Assembly: GCF_003018255.1 (NCBI RefSeq)
Contig: NZ_CP027440.1
Source: Escherichia coli
GTDB taxonomy: Bacteria > Pseudomonadota > Gammaproteobacteria > Enterobacterales > Enterobacteriaceae
DNA length: 64,000 nucleotides
Reading direction: 5' to 3' (one strand)
In this document: positions 11,949-23,773 of the stretch, piece by piece
Numbering within the stretch: the first letter of the stretch is position 1
Layout of the letters: every line of letters starts with the position of its first letter
Notes under the pieces: model-generated
What the model saw: the letters and a program-made list of their open reading frames with translations, nothing else
Databases searched by the model: none
What the model was told of the DNA's origin: nothing
Position numbers and translations under genes: made by a program

Positions 11949-12833
11949 ATGATTAAGAAAATTTTTGCCCTTCCGGTCATCGAACAAATCTCCCCTGTCC
12001 TCTCCCGTCGTAAACTGGATGAACTGGACCTCATTGTGGTCGATCATCCCCAGGTAAAAGCCTCTTTTGCATTACAGGGCGCACACCTTCTCTCATGGAA
12101 ACCTGCGGGTGAAGAAGAAGTTCTGTGGTTGAGCAATAACACACCGTTCAAAAATGGCGTCGCTATTCGCGGTGGCGTACCGGTTTGCTGGCCGTGGTTT
12201 GGTCCGGCTGCACAACAAGGTCTGCCTGCGCACGGTTTTGCCCGCAACCTGCCGTGGACGCTGAAATCACATCGTGAAGATGCTGATGGCGTAGCGCTGA
12301 CTTTTGAATTGACACAAAGCGAAGAGACGAAAAAATTCTGGCCACACGACTTTAAGCTATTAGCGCATTTCCGCGTGGGTAAAGCCTGTGAAATCGATCT
12401 TGAAGCACACGGCGAATTTGAAACCACCTCTGCCCTGCATACCTACTTTAACGTGGGTGATATCACTAAGGTAAGCGTCAGTGGACTGGGCGATCGCTTC
12501 ATTGATAAAGTGAATGACGCGAAAGAAGATGTACTGACCGACGGTATTCAGACCTTCCCTGACCGTACCGATCGCGTGTATCTGAATCCGCAAGATTGCA
12601 GCGTGATTAATGACGAAGCGCTGAATCGTATTATCGCCGTAGGCCACCAGCATCATCTGAACGTTGTAGGCTGGAACCCAGGACCGGCGCTTTCAGTTAG
12701 CATGGGCGATATGCCGGATGATGGCTACAAGACCTTTGTTTGTGTAGAAACAGCTTACGCCTCAGAAACGCAAAAAGTCACCAAAGAGAAACCTGCACAT
12801 CTGGCGCAATCCATTCGCGTTGCGAAACGTTAA
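11949..12833 (+). CDS. yeaD: Glucose-6-phosphate 1-epimerase (aldose 1-epimerase family) YeaD
   Basis: Start at MIKKIFALPVIEQ gives 294 aa. Confidence 0.88.
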   Translation: MIKKIFALPVIEQISPVLSRRKLDELDLIVVDHPQVKASFALQGAHLLSWKPAGEEEVLWLSNNTPFKNGVAIRGGVPVCWPWFGPAAQQGLPAHGFARNLPWTLKSHREDADGVALTFELTQSEETKKFWPHDFKLLAHFRVGKACEIDLEAHGEFETTSALHTYFNVGDITKVSVSGLGDRFIDKVNDAKEDVLTDGIQTFPDRTDRVYLNPQDCSVINDEALNRIIAVGHQHHLNVVGWNPGPALSVSMGDMPDDGYKTFVCVETAYASETQKVTKEKPAHLAQSIRVAKR

Positions 12834-12883
12834 TTTGCGTTAATGTTGTGTGCCGGGTGCGATGCATCCGGCACGTATCAACA

Positions 12884-13737
12884 TCACACCATATCCAGCG
12901 CAGTTTTTCCTTTTGGTGCCGGATATGCCTTATCCAGCATAGCTAATTCCGCTGATGAAAGTTCGACCTCAAGCACAGCCGCATTTTGTTGGACATGGGT
13001 AATCGTGGCCGCTTTTGGAATCGCCATCACACCCTGATGGCTGATTACCCACGCCAACAATACTTGTGCCGCGCTGATATTGTGAGCATGTGCAATTTCG
13101 TTGACTACCGCGTTTTTTAACAGCCCATTGCGCAACCGCCCGGCCTGGGCTAACGGACTGTAAGCCATCACCGGCATCTGCTGTTTCTGGCACCAGGGAA
13201 GTAGATCGTACTCAATCCCTCGTGAACCGAGATGGTAAAGCACCTGATTAGTGGCACACTGATTCCCCCCGGCAGCTGCCAGAGTTCCTGCATATCGGCA
13301 TAATCAAGGTTAGAAACGCCCCAGCGGCGGATTTTTCCCTGGGCGATCAATTTTTCCATCGCTGCGACAGTCTCTTCAAAAGCGAAACTGCCAGACCAGT
13401 GTAATAAGTAGAGATCGAGATAATCAGTATTGAGACGGCGTAAACTGGCTTCGCATGCATTTATCGCTTTTTGCCCGCCAGCATTCCACGGATAGACTTT
13501 AGAGACGAGAAAGACGTTCTCACGCAGGCCGGTTAATGCTTCCCCAACCACCATTTCGGCACCGCCATCGGCATACATTTCGGCGGTATCAATGAGGGTT
13601 AAACCGAGTTCAATGCCCGCGCGTAGTGCAGCAACTTCTGTTTTACGCTGACTGGCATCTTCGCCCATATACCATGTTCCCTGCCCTATGGCTGGCAGTG
13701 AGACATCGCCACTAAATTGAATCATTTTTTGTTGCAT
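12884..13737 (-). pseudogene. yeaE: Aldo-keto reductase YeaE, disrupted by a frameshift (or sequencing error) in a C6/G6 homopolymer
   Basis: Two adjacent minus-strand ORFs in different frames (13168..13782 and 12884..13243) together cover one roughly 284-aa AKR; frames switch at the homopolymer at 13265-13270. Confidence 0.7.
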
Positions 13738-13826
13738 TGCTTCCTCCCAGGTATTGCACCACCGTAATGCAAAACAGGGCATGACGCCCTGTTTTTATGC
13801 ACAAAATGCCCTGGAAAAATGCATTA

Positions 13827-14573
13827 TCAGAATTTGTAGGTGATCCCGGTAGAAATCAGGCCAGTCCAGGATTTATCCACCATTGGGCTGTCAGTAACTT
13901 CATCAGACAGACGGGTGTAGCGCGCGGTACCGTAAACACTCCAGTCACCGAGGAAGTTGTAGCTGGCGCTCAGCTCCAGGTAAGGGCTCCAGCTGTCGTT
14001 CGGGTTATAGCCACGCAGACCGCTGCGAGCGGACTCTTTGCGCGATACGCCATAATAGTATTCGTTCTGGTTTTCGCTGTTCCACTGCACACCAATACCC
14101 GGAGTCACGGTCAGGCCACCGTTGGTGTAACGATACAACCAGGCCATATCCCAGACGATGCCGTTGCTGTTATCCAGGGTATCGCCAGCCAGGGTGGTAC
14201 GCAGGTAACCGTACTGGGTAAAGTGAGCATAAGACAGACCAGCCATCATGGTGCTCTTACGGTCATCCAGGTGACGCATTTGGTGATCGCCACTGTCTTT
14301 AGCTTTGAAGTAAAGCGGCGACCAGTAAGCGGTAATTGAAAGTTTGTCCGTTGCGTCATTCCACAGGTAGTAACCACCACCTAAGCCACGGAACCAGAAG
14401 TTATCGCCGTCATAGTTGATTACCGGTACTGGGTAAACATCGGTATCGTAATCTTTATATGGGTGTTCAACGACACCTACGCCTGCGCCCAGGGAAAATT
14501 TACCTTCAGCGTGCGCTACGCCTGCAGACGTTGCGATAAGCACTCCAAGTGCCAGAAGTTTGAGTTTGGTCAC
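13827..14573 (-). CDS. mipA: MltA-interacting outer-membrane protein MipA
   Basis: 248-aa ORF with signal peptide and C-terminal aromatic residue (beta-barrel OMP style). Confidence 0.92.
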   Translation of the reverse strand: MTKLKLLALGVLIATSAGVAHAEGKFSLGAGVGVVEHPYKDYDTDVYPVPVINYDGDNFWFRGLGGGYYLWNDATDKLSITAYWSPLYFKAKDSGDHQMRHLDDRKSTMMAGLSYAHFTQYGYLRTTLAGDTLDNSNGIVWDMAWLYRYTNGGLTVTPGIGVQWNSENQNEYYYGVSRKESARSGLRGYNPNDSWSPYLELSASYNFLGDWSVYGTARYTRLSDEVTDSPMVDKSWTGLISTGITYKF

Positions 14574-15008
14574 AATTAATCATTCCTTAAACAAATGTTT
14601 AGCGGGCGACAAAGTTTACCCGTCAATACATCGAAACCCAACCTTTTTACGTTTTCATTTTTTATAGTAACTGTTTAATTTTCCTGACGCAGATGACACC
14701 ACTCTTACAGCCAAATGAATTTAGCGTTACTGGCGACCCTGGTCTTTACATTAATTATGCAAAATTTATGGATGAGTTGTTGATATGCCATTGAAATTAA
14801 GAAAGCCGTGCAGGCAAGTTTTCCATTTGCCATCTACGCTTAATTTTGAAGGTGTATCACCGGGCACGTTGTTCTCATCGTCGATAAAATGGCATGAGAG
14901 TTGCTGTGTTTTAGCAAGAGACGTCGTTCAGTTTACCTCTTCCGGGAGCCTCTACTATTCATATGAACGGCTCTTAACCTGTGCTAAAAAACGAAAGGAC
15001 GGCATACC

Positions 15009-16943
15009 ATGAATATATTCGATCACTATCGCCAGCGATATGAAGCTGCCAAGGACGAAGAGTTCACACTGCAGGAGTTTCTTACCACTTGTCGGCAAGA
15101 TCGCAGTGCTTATGCCAACGCGGCTGAGCGGCTATTGATGGCTATCGGTGAGCCTGTCATGGTCGATACAGCCCTGGAACCCAGACTTTCTCGACTCTTT
15201 TCTAACCGGGTCATTGCACGTTATCCGGCGTTTGAAGAGTTTTACGGCATGGAAGACGCGATTGAACAGATTGTCTCTTATCTGAAACACGCGGCTCAGG
15301 GGCTGGAAGAGAAGAAACAAATTCTGTATCTGCTGGGGCCTGTGGGTGGGGGTAAATCATCGCTTGCTGAGCGACTGAAATCATTAATGCAGCTCGTACC
15401 GATTTATGTATTGAGCGCCAACGGTGAGCGTAGCCCGGTCAACGATCATCCGTTCTGTCTTTTCAATCCGCAGGAAGATGCGCAGATTCTGGAAAAAGAG
15501 TATGGCATTCCTCGCCGTTATCTCGGCACCATCATGTCGCCGTGGGCGGCAAAACGCCTGCATGAATTTGGTGGCGATATCACTAAGTTCCGGGTAGTGA
15601 AGGTCTGGCCGTCAATTCTGCAACAAATTGCTATCGCCAAAACGGAACCCGGTGATGAGAACAACCAGGACATCTCCGCGCTGGTTGGGAAAGTCGATAT
15701 TCGTAAACTCGAACACTACGCGCAGAATGACCCGGACGCCTACGGCTATTCCGGTGCATTGTGCCGCGCCAACCAGGGGATCATGGAATTCGTTGAGATG
15801 TTTAAAGCACCGATTAAAGTGCTGCATCCCTTGCTAACCGCCACTCAGGAAGGTAACTACAACGGGACGGAAGGTATCTCCGCCCTGCCGTTCAACGGGA
15901 TTATTCTCGCCCACTCGAACGAATCCGAATGGGTCACTTTCCGTAATAACAAAAACAACGAAGCCTTCCTCGATCGTGTTTACATCGTGAAGGTGCCGTA
16001 TTGCTTGCGCATTTCCGAAGAGATCAAAATCTACGAGAAATTGCTTAATCACAGTGAATTGACTCACGCCCCCTGCGCCCCTGGCACGCTGGAAACGCTG
16101 TCACGTTTTTCCATTCTTTCGCGCCTTAAAGAGCCAGAAAACTCCAGCATTTATTCAAAGATGCGGGTTTATGATGGCGAAAGTCTGAAAGACACAGATC
16201 CCAAAGCCAAGTCGTATCAGGAATATCGTGACTACGCCGGTGTCGATGAAGGGATGAACGGTCTGTCGACGCGTTTTGCGTTTAAGATCCTCTCCCGCGT
16301 GTTCAACTTCGATCATGTAGAAGTGGCGGCAAACCCGGTTCATCTGTTCTACGTCCTGGAACAGCAGATCGAGCGCGAGCAGTTCCCGCAAGAACAGGCA
16401 GAACGCTATCTGGAGTTCCTGAAAGGTTATCTGATCCCGAAATATGCCGAGTTTATCGGCAAAGAGATCCAGACGGCCTACCTTGAATCCTATTCCGAAT
16501 ATGGGCAAAACATTTTCGACCGTTATGTTACCTACGCGGATTTCTGGATTCAGGATCAGGAGTATCGCGATCCTGATACCGGGCAGTTGTTTGACCGCGA
16601 GTCTCTTAACGCCGAGCTGGAGAAAATCGAGAAACCGGCGGGGATCAGTAATCCAAAAGATTTCCGCAACGAGATTGTTAACTTCGTACTGCGCGCCAGA
16701 GCGAATAACAGCGGACGCAATCCGAACTGGACCAGCTATGAAAAACTGCGCACGGTTATTGAGAAGAAAATGTTCTCCAATACCGAGGAGCTGTTGCCGG
16801 TTATTTCGTTTAACGCCAAAACGTCAACCGACGAGCAGAAGAAACATGACGACTTTGTCGACCGTATGATGGAAAAAGGCTACACCCGTAAACAGGTGCG
16901 TTTACTGTGCGAATGGTATTTGCGCGTACGTAAATCGTCTTAA
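15009..16943 (+). CDS. yeaG: PrkA-family serine protein kinase YeaG
   Basis: 644-aa ORF with Walker A GPVGGGKSS. Confidence 0.95.
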   Translation: MNIFDHYRQRYEAAKDEEFTLQEFLTTCRQDRSAYANAAERLLMAIGEPVMVDTALEPRLSRLFSNRVIARYPAFEEFYGMEDAIEQIVSYLKHAAQGLEEKKQILYLLGPVGGGKSSLAERLKSLMQLVPIYVLSANGERSPVNDHPFCLFNPQEDAQILEKEYGIPRRYLGTIMSPWAAKRLHEFGGDITKFRVVKVWPSILQQIAIAKTEPGDENNQDISALVGKVDIRKLEHYAQNDPDAYGYSGALCRANQGIMEFVEMFKAPIKVLHPLLTATQEGNYNGTEGISALPFNGIILAHSNESEWVTFRNNKNNEAFLDRVYIVKVPYCLRISEEIKIYEKLLNHSELTHAPCAPGTLETLSRFSILSRLKEPENSSIYSKMRVYDGESLKDTDPKAKSYQEYRDYAGVDEGMNGLSTRFAFKILSRVFNFDHVEVAANPVHLFYVLEQQIEREQFPQEQAERYLEFLKGYLIPKYAEFIGKEIQTAYLESYSEYGQNIFDRYVTYADFWIQDQEYRDPDTGQLFDRESLNAELEKIEKPAGISNPKDFRNEIVNFVLRARANNSGRNPNWTSYEKLRTVIEKKMFSNTEELLPVISFNAKTSTDEQKKHDDFVDRMMEKGYTRKQVRLLCEWYLRVRKSS

Positions 16944-17043
16944 CAACCCTGGCCCGGTACACATGCTACCGGGCCTACAACGACAGCGAACCGTGGGCCA
17001 GAGAAGCGGCAACACAGGCGTAGCATAAAGTTGGCAAATGTAG

Positions 17044-18339
<1,296 letters not shown>

Positions 18340-18344
18340 AACTG

Positions 18345-18376
18345 TCAGCCGGGTCATTATCGCCTGGCTGATTTTT
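18345..18376 (+). terminator. Possible terminator after yeaH
   Basis: tcagcc...ggctga stem followed by TTTTT; loop is long, so weak. Confidence 0.35.
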
Positions 18377-18485
18377 AGTTCACTGTAAATTATCTCATTT
18401 ATTACATACATTAGCTTACAATCGCTTTAAATATGACAGCATAACCTTTACACAATTTAGTTCCAGAAAACAATCATTCGGAAAA

Positions 18486-19961
18486 ATGATTCGGTCAACA
18501 CGTATTTCCCTGGGGTTATTCTTTAATTATTTTTTATCGTTAACGAAAATTGATCCTGGTCAAAACTATATATCTCTGCCATCAATAAAATCCAGCACTC
18601 ACATTGCTCTCCTTTTTATGGCTTCTATGGGTACACAAAAATTAAAAGCTCAAGGCTTTTTTATTTTCAGCTTATTGCTGACGTTAATTTTATTTTGCAT
18701 TACTACCTTATATAACGAAAACACGAATGTAAAACTCATCCCACAGATGAATTACCTGATGGTTGTTGTGGCTTTGTTTTTCCTTAACGCCGTCATTTTC
18801 CTTTTCATGTTAATGAAGTATTTCACTAACAAACAAATTTTACCAACACTCATTTTAAGCCTTGCATTTTTAAGTGGCCTTATCTATTTAGTTGAAACCA
18901 TTGTAATTATCCATAAACCAATCAACGGCAGTACACTGATCCAGACAAAGTCGAATGATGTTTCTATTTTCTATATTTTCCGCCAACTCAGTTTCATTTG
19001 TTTAACCTCGCTGGCGCTCTTTTGTTATGGGAAAGACAACATCCTTGACAACAATAAGAAGAAAACTGGCATTCTGTTGCTGGCGCTGATTCCTTTTTTA
19101 GTTTTTCCCCTTCTGGCACACAATCTGAGCAGTTATAACGCTGACTATTCTTTGTATGTCGTCGATTACTGTCCGGACAACCATACTGCGACCTGGGGAA
19201 TCAACTATACAAAAATATTGGTTTGTTTGTGGGCATTTTTACTGTTCTTTATTATCATGCGTACACGATTAGCCAGCGAACTATGGCCGTTAATAGCATT
19301 ATTATGTCTGGCATCGCTATGCTGCAACTTACTTCTACTGACTCTGGATGAGTATAATTACACCATCTGGTATATCAGTCGCGGGATTGAAGTTTCCAGT
19401 AAACTGTTTGTTGTGTCTTTTCTGATTTATAACATTTTTCAGGAACTGCAACTCTCCAGCAAACTGGCAGTTCATGATGTACTGACCAATATTTATAATC
19501 GGCGCTACTTTTTCAACAGCGTAGAGTCATTATTGTCGCGACCTGTTGTTAAGGACTTTTGTGTCATGCTGGTTGATATTAATCAGTTCAAACGCATCAA
19601 TGCCCAATGGGGACATCGTGTGGGTGATAAAGTGCTGGTATCAATTGTCGATATTATCCAGCAAAGCATCCGCCCCGATGATATTTTAGCGCGACTGGAG
19701 GGTGAGGTGTTTGGCTTGCTATTTACCGAACTCAATAGTGCCCAGGCAAAAATCATTGCGGAACGTATGCGTAAAAATGTCGAACTCCTGACCGGCTTTA
19801 GTAACAGATATGATGTTCCTGAGCAAATGACCATCAGTATTGGCACGGTTTTTTCAACGGGTGACACACGTAATATCTCGCTTGTCATGACGGAAGCAGA
19901 TCAAGCCTTACGCGAAGCGAAAAGCGAGGGGGGCAACAAAGTGATTATTCATCATATTTAA
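18486..19961 (+). CDS. yeaI: Membrane-anchored GGDEF-domain protein with degenerate active site (EGEVF)
   Basis: 491-aa ORF; AT-rich multi-TM N-terminal half; GGDEF fold with the signature replaced by EGEVF at 19698-19712. N-terminal start not independently verified. Confidence 0.85.
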   Translation: MIRSTRISLGLFFNYFLSLTKIDPGQNYISLPSIKSSTHIALLFMASMGTQKLKAQGFFIFSLLLTLILFCITTLYNENTNVKLIPQMNYLMVVVALFFLNAVIFLFMLMKYFTNKQILPTLILSLAFLSGLIYLVETIVIIHKPINGSTLIQTKSNDVSIFYIFRQLSFICLTSLALFCYGKDNILDNNKKKTGILLLALIPFLVFPLLAHNLSSYNADYSLYVVDYCPDNHTATWGINYTKILVCLWAFLLFFIIMRTRLASELWPLIALLCLASLCCNLLLLTLDEYNYTIWYISRGIEVSSKLFVVSFLIYNIFQELQLSSKLAVHDVLTNIYNRRYFFNSVESLLSRPVVKDFCVMLVDINQFKRINAQWGHRVGDKVLVSIVDIIQQSIRPDDILARLEGEVFGLLFTELNSAQAKIIAERMRKNVELLTGFSNRYDVPEQMTISIGTVFSTGDTRNISLVMTEADQALREAKSEGGNKVIIHHI

Positions 19962-20141
19962 GTGCAAAAATATTCAGAGCCATGCTTTTTGCGTGGCTTT
20001 TGCATACAATTTATTACTATTACCCCTAAATTTCCCCTCCCCAGCGGCGCAGAGATGAGTATAATTAGCGCCCCTGTGCCAGGCCGCAATCGAACTTTAT
20101 CTGGTTTTCTCGTTTCACTAACCGAAGGAGTGCCATTTATC

Positions 20142-21632
20142 ATGAAATTGCACCATAGAATGCTCCGGCATTTTATCGCCGCAAGTGTCATTGTGCTGAC
20201 ATCTTCCTTCCTTATTTTTGAACTTGTCGCCAGCGACAGAGCAATGAGTGCCTATCTGCGCTATATCGTGCAGAGAGCAGACTCCTCCTTTCTTTATGAT
20301 AAGTATCAGAATCAGAGTATTGCCGCGCATGTGATGCGCGCTCTCGCTGCTGAGCAGTCGGAAGTGTCGCCAGAACAGCGGCGCGCCATCTGCGAGGCTT
20401 TTGAGTCTGCCAATAATACCCATGGCTTAAACCTGACTGCCCATAAATACCCGGACTTACGCGGCACACTACAAACCGCATCCACTGACTGCGACACAAT
20501 TGTGGAAGCTGCAGCACTATTACCCGCTTTTGATCAGGCAGTGGAAAGCAACCGCCACCAGGATGATTACGGTTCAGGTCTTGGGATGGCCGAAGAGAAA
20601 TTTCACTATTATCTCGATCTCAATGACCGCTATGTCTATTTTTATGAGCCGGTTAATGTTGAGTACTTTGCGATGAATAACTGGTCTTTCCTGCAGTCAG
20701 GAAGTATTGGCATCGATCGCAAAGATATTGAAAAGGTATTTACCGGGCGTACCGTTTTATCGAGCATTTACCAGGATCAGCGTACTAAACAGAACGTGAT
20801 GAGTTTGCTGACGCCGGTATATGTCGCAGGGCAGCTAAAAGGGATTGTGCTGCTGGATATTAACAAAAACAATCTGCGGAATATCTTTTACACTCATGAC
20901 CGCCCTCTCCTCTGGCGTTTTCTCAATGTCACGCTAACCGATACCGATTCGGGGCGCGACATTATCATCAACCAGAGCGAAGATAATCTGTTCCAGTATG
21001 TCAGTTACGTCCATGACTTACCGGGCGGCATTCGTGTCTCGTTATCCATTGATATTCTTTACTTTATCACGTCTTCGTGGAAAAGCGTTCTGTTCTGGAT
21101 TTTGACGGCGTTAATTTTGCTGAATATGGTGCGGATGCACTTCCGTTTATACCAAAACGTGTCGCGAGAAAATATTAGTGATGCGATGACTGGACTGTAT
21201 AATCGCAAAATTTTAACCCCTGAACTGGAGCAGCGGTTGCAGAAGCTGGTGCAATCCGGTTCTTCGGTGATGTTTATTGCAATTGACATGGACAAGTTAA
21301 AGCAAATAAATGACACCCTCGGTCATCAGGAGGGGGATTTAGCGATTACGTTATTAGCTCAGGCGATTAAACAATCGATTCGTAAAAGTGATTATGCCAT
21401 CCGACTCGGTGGCGATGAATTCTGCATCATTCTTGTCGATTCGACGCCGCAAATTGCAGCACAACTGCCTGAACGTATCGAAAAACGTCTGCAACATATC
21501 GCGCCGCAGAAAGAGATCGGCTTCTCTTCCGGTATTTACGCGATGAAAGAAAACGATACGTTACATGATGCGTATAAAGCTTCCGATGAGCGTTTATATG
21601 TCAATAAGCAGAACAAAAACAGCCGTTCATGA
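20142..21632 (+). CDS. yeaJ: Diguanylate cyclase DgcJ (periplasmic sensor + GGDEF)
   Basis: Start at MKLHHRMLRHF gives 496 aa; intact RLGGDEF motif. Confidence 0.9.
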   Translation: MKLHHRMLRHFIAASVIVLTSSFLIFELVASDRAMSAYLRYIVQRADSSFLYDKYQNQSIAAHVMRALAAEQSEVSPEQRRAICEAFESANNTHGLNLTAHKYPDLRGTLQTASTDCDTIVEAAALLPAFDQAVESNRHQDDYGSGLGMAEEKFHYYLDLNDRYVYFYEPVNVEYFAMNNWSFLQSGSIGIDRKDIEKVFTGRTVLSSIYQDQRTKQNVMSLLTPVYVAGQLKGIVLLDINKNNLRNIFYTHDRPLLWRFLNVTLTDTDSGRDIIINQSEDNLFQYVSYVHDLPGGIRVSLSIDILYFITSSWKSVLFWILTALILLNMVRMHFRLYQNVSRENISDAMTGLYNRKILTPELEQRLQKLVQSGSSVMFIAIDMDKLKQINDTLGHQEGDLAITLLAQAIKQSIRKSDYAIRLGGDEFCIILVDSTPQIAAQLPERIEKRLQHIAPQKEIGFSSGIYAMKENDTLHDAYKASDERLYVNKQNKNSRS

Positions 21633-21674
21633 TAACCTTCTGTGGTTGTTTGCTTGTAATCTCAGGAGCATGAA

Positions 21675-22178
21675 ATGACTGAAATGGCTAAAGGAAGCGT
21701 GACGCATCAGCGGTTAATCGCTTTATTATCACAAGAAGGTGCTGACTTCCGCGTCGTTACCCATGAAGCGGTAGGTAAATGTGAAGCGGTGTCAGAAATT
21801 CGTGGCACCGCTTTAGGCCAGGGGGCTAAGGCACTGGTATGTAAAGTCAAAGGCAATGGTGTAAATCAACATGTTCTGGCGATCCTCGCGGCCGATCAAC
21901 AGGCCGATCTGAGCCAACTCGCCAGCCATATAGGCGGATTACGCGCTTCGTTGGCCAGCCCGGCGGAAGTCGATGAACTCACAGGCTGTGTCTTCGGCGC
22001 GATCCCCCCTTTCAGCTTCCATCCAAAACTCAAACTGGTTGCCGATCCCCTACTCTTCGAACGATTTGATGAAATCGCCTTCAATGCAGGCATGCTGGAT
22101 AAATCCGTTATTTTGAAAACCGCGGATTATTTGCGCATTGCGCAACCAGAACTGGTCAATTTCCGCCGCACTGCGTAA
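21675..22178 (+). CDS. yeaK: YbaK-like aminoacyl-tRNA deacylase YeaK
   Basis: 167-aa ORF of the YbaK/ProX deacylase family. Confidence 0.88.
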   Translation: MTEMAKGSVTHQRLIALLSQEGADFRVVTHEAVGKCEAVSEIRGTALGQGAKALVCKVKGNGVNQHVLAILAADQQADLSQLASHIGGLRASLASPAEVDELTGCVFGAIPPFSFHPKLKLVADPLLFERFDEIAFNAGMLDKSVILKTADYLRIAQPELVNFRRTA

Positions 22179-22283
22179 CTAGCCTGTCCGTTCGATAAGA
22201 AGAACGGACAAAACCAGCACAACAGCAATGGCAAAAAACGATGACGTGATAATCAGTGTCTCGACGAACATTTGATCGTTCAT
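22179..22283 (-). CDS. yoaI: Small membrane protein YoaI (34 aa)
   Basis: Minus-strand ATG..TAG encoding [34 protein letters not shown]; below the ORF-track size cutoff; stop abuts the yeaK stop. Confidence 0.55.
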   Translation of the reverse strand: MNDQMFVETLIITSSFFAIAVVLVLSVLLIERTG

Positions 22284-22452
22284 AGTATGCCCCCGGGAGA
22301 TAGTTGTTTTCACGTTATTGTTAGCGTGCGCAAATGGCAGTTTGATGACAGTTCGCCTGATTTTTTATGCAAAAAACGTAAAGATTTTCTACTTCCTTCC
22401 TGCAGCAAGCGTAAAGTAAGCAGGCTTATTATTCTTTGGCAAGGAAACCACG

Positions 22453-22899
22453 ATGTTTGATGTCACTTTGCTGATCCTGCTCGGGTTAGCTGCGCTGGGC
22501 TTTATCAGTCATAACACCACTGTCGCCGTTTCAATTCTGGTGTTAATCATTGTCCGCGTCACACCGTTAAGCACCTTTTTCCCGTGGATTGAAAAACAGG
22601 GGCTAAGTATCGGGATAATCATTCTGACGATTGGCGTTATGGCTCCCATCGCCAGCGGGACGCTACCGCCCTCAACCCTGATTCACTCGTTTCTGAACTG
22701 GAAATCGCTGGTGGCAATTGCAGTCGGCGTTATTGTCTCCTGGCTGGGGGGGCGCGGCGTGACGTTAATGGGCAGCCAGCCGCAACTGGTCGCCGGGCTG
22801 CTGGTGGGCACTGTTTTGGGCGTGGCGCTGTTTCGCGGCGTACCGGTTGGCCCGCTTATTGCCGCGGGTCTGGTTTCGCTGATTGTGGGGAAACAGTAG
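22453..22899 (+). CDS. yeaL: UPF0756 inner-membrane protein YeaL
   Basis: 148-aa hydrophobic ORF. Confidence 0.88.
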
Positions 22900-23677
22900 T
22901 TAATCCCGCAATATATCGGCCTGGCGTTTGCCCCAGGCCTTTCTTAAACATAGTAATAAAGGCCGTTGTTGAATCATACCCCAGCGTATGAGCAACTTTC
23001 TGTACAGTATCGCCTTTCACTAATCCCTGAAGCGCCATAATCAGCTGTAACTGCTGACGCCACTGGCGAAAACTCACCCCCGTCTCTTTCACTATCAGTC
23101 GGGCAAGATTGCGTTCACTCATCGCAAAAAAGCGAGCCCATTGCCCCAATGACCCCCACTCGACGGGCTCTTTCGCCATCATCTCCACCATCGCGCGGAT
23201 TTTAGGATGAGAAGAAACGGGTAGGTGCAGCTGTTGTTGTGGCTGCTGAGGGAGTTCATCAAACAGGACCTGAATTAATCTGCGGGTCATCGGCTCAGCA
23301 CGCTGAGTCGTCGTCCTGTTTGCCAGGGTTAAAATTAATTCCCGGCATAAGGGCGATATTTTCAATGTGCAACAGGTTGTCGGCATTGTCACTGCGCTGG
23401 GTTCGATAAACAGAAAACAGAGTTCAGCGTTAGCTGTCACTTGATTGCTATGTTCCACCCCTCCCGGTATCCAAACCGCATATTGTGGCGGCACCATCCA
23501 CAAAGCATTTTCCACCGTACAGGTAATTGCACCATGTAGTGCCAGTATCAACTGTCCTTTGCGGTGCTGATGTACAGGACTGGTTAACTCATCCGTTCCG
23601 GCGTGAATACAAAATGCGACCGCGGCTTCATGGTGTCGGTCGGGTTCATAGCCATTGAGATTCAACCTGTGCATCAT
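22856..23677 (-). CDS. nimR: AraC-family regulator NimR (YeaM)
   Basis: 273-aa ORF with cupin-like N-terminus and C-terminal AraC HTH; 3' end overlaps yeaL by 44 nt. Confidence 0.88.
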
Positions 23678-23773
23678 TTTGTCCGAATTTAGCGATAATT
23701 TGTCATTTTAGCTTGATTCAACATAACAATAAAAACGGTAAGGTACAGCCTCGTTTGTAACAATGAGAAGCAT

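Noticed and set aside
14785-15012. 75-aa ORF in the mipA-yeaG intergenic region
   Set aside because: Sits in the yeaG leader/promoter region, ends exactly where yeaG begins, and has no recognisable domain; probably a chance frame, though translation is not excluded.
22272-22460. 62-aa ORF upstream of yeaL
   Set aside because: Begins with TTG (track translates as M), overlaps the yoaI start on the other strand and the yeaL start; no domain or RBS support.
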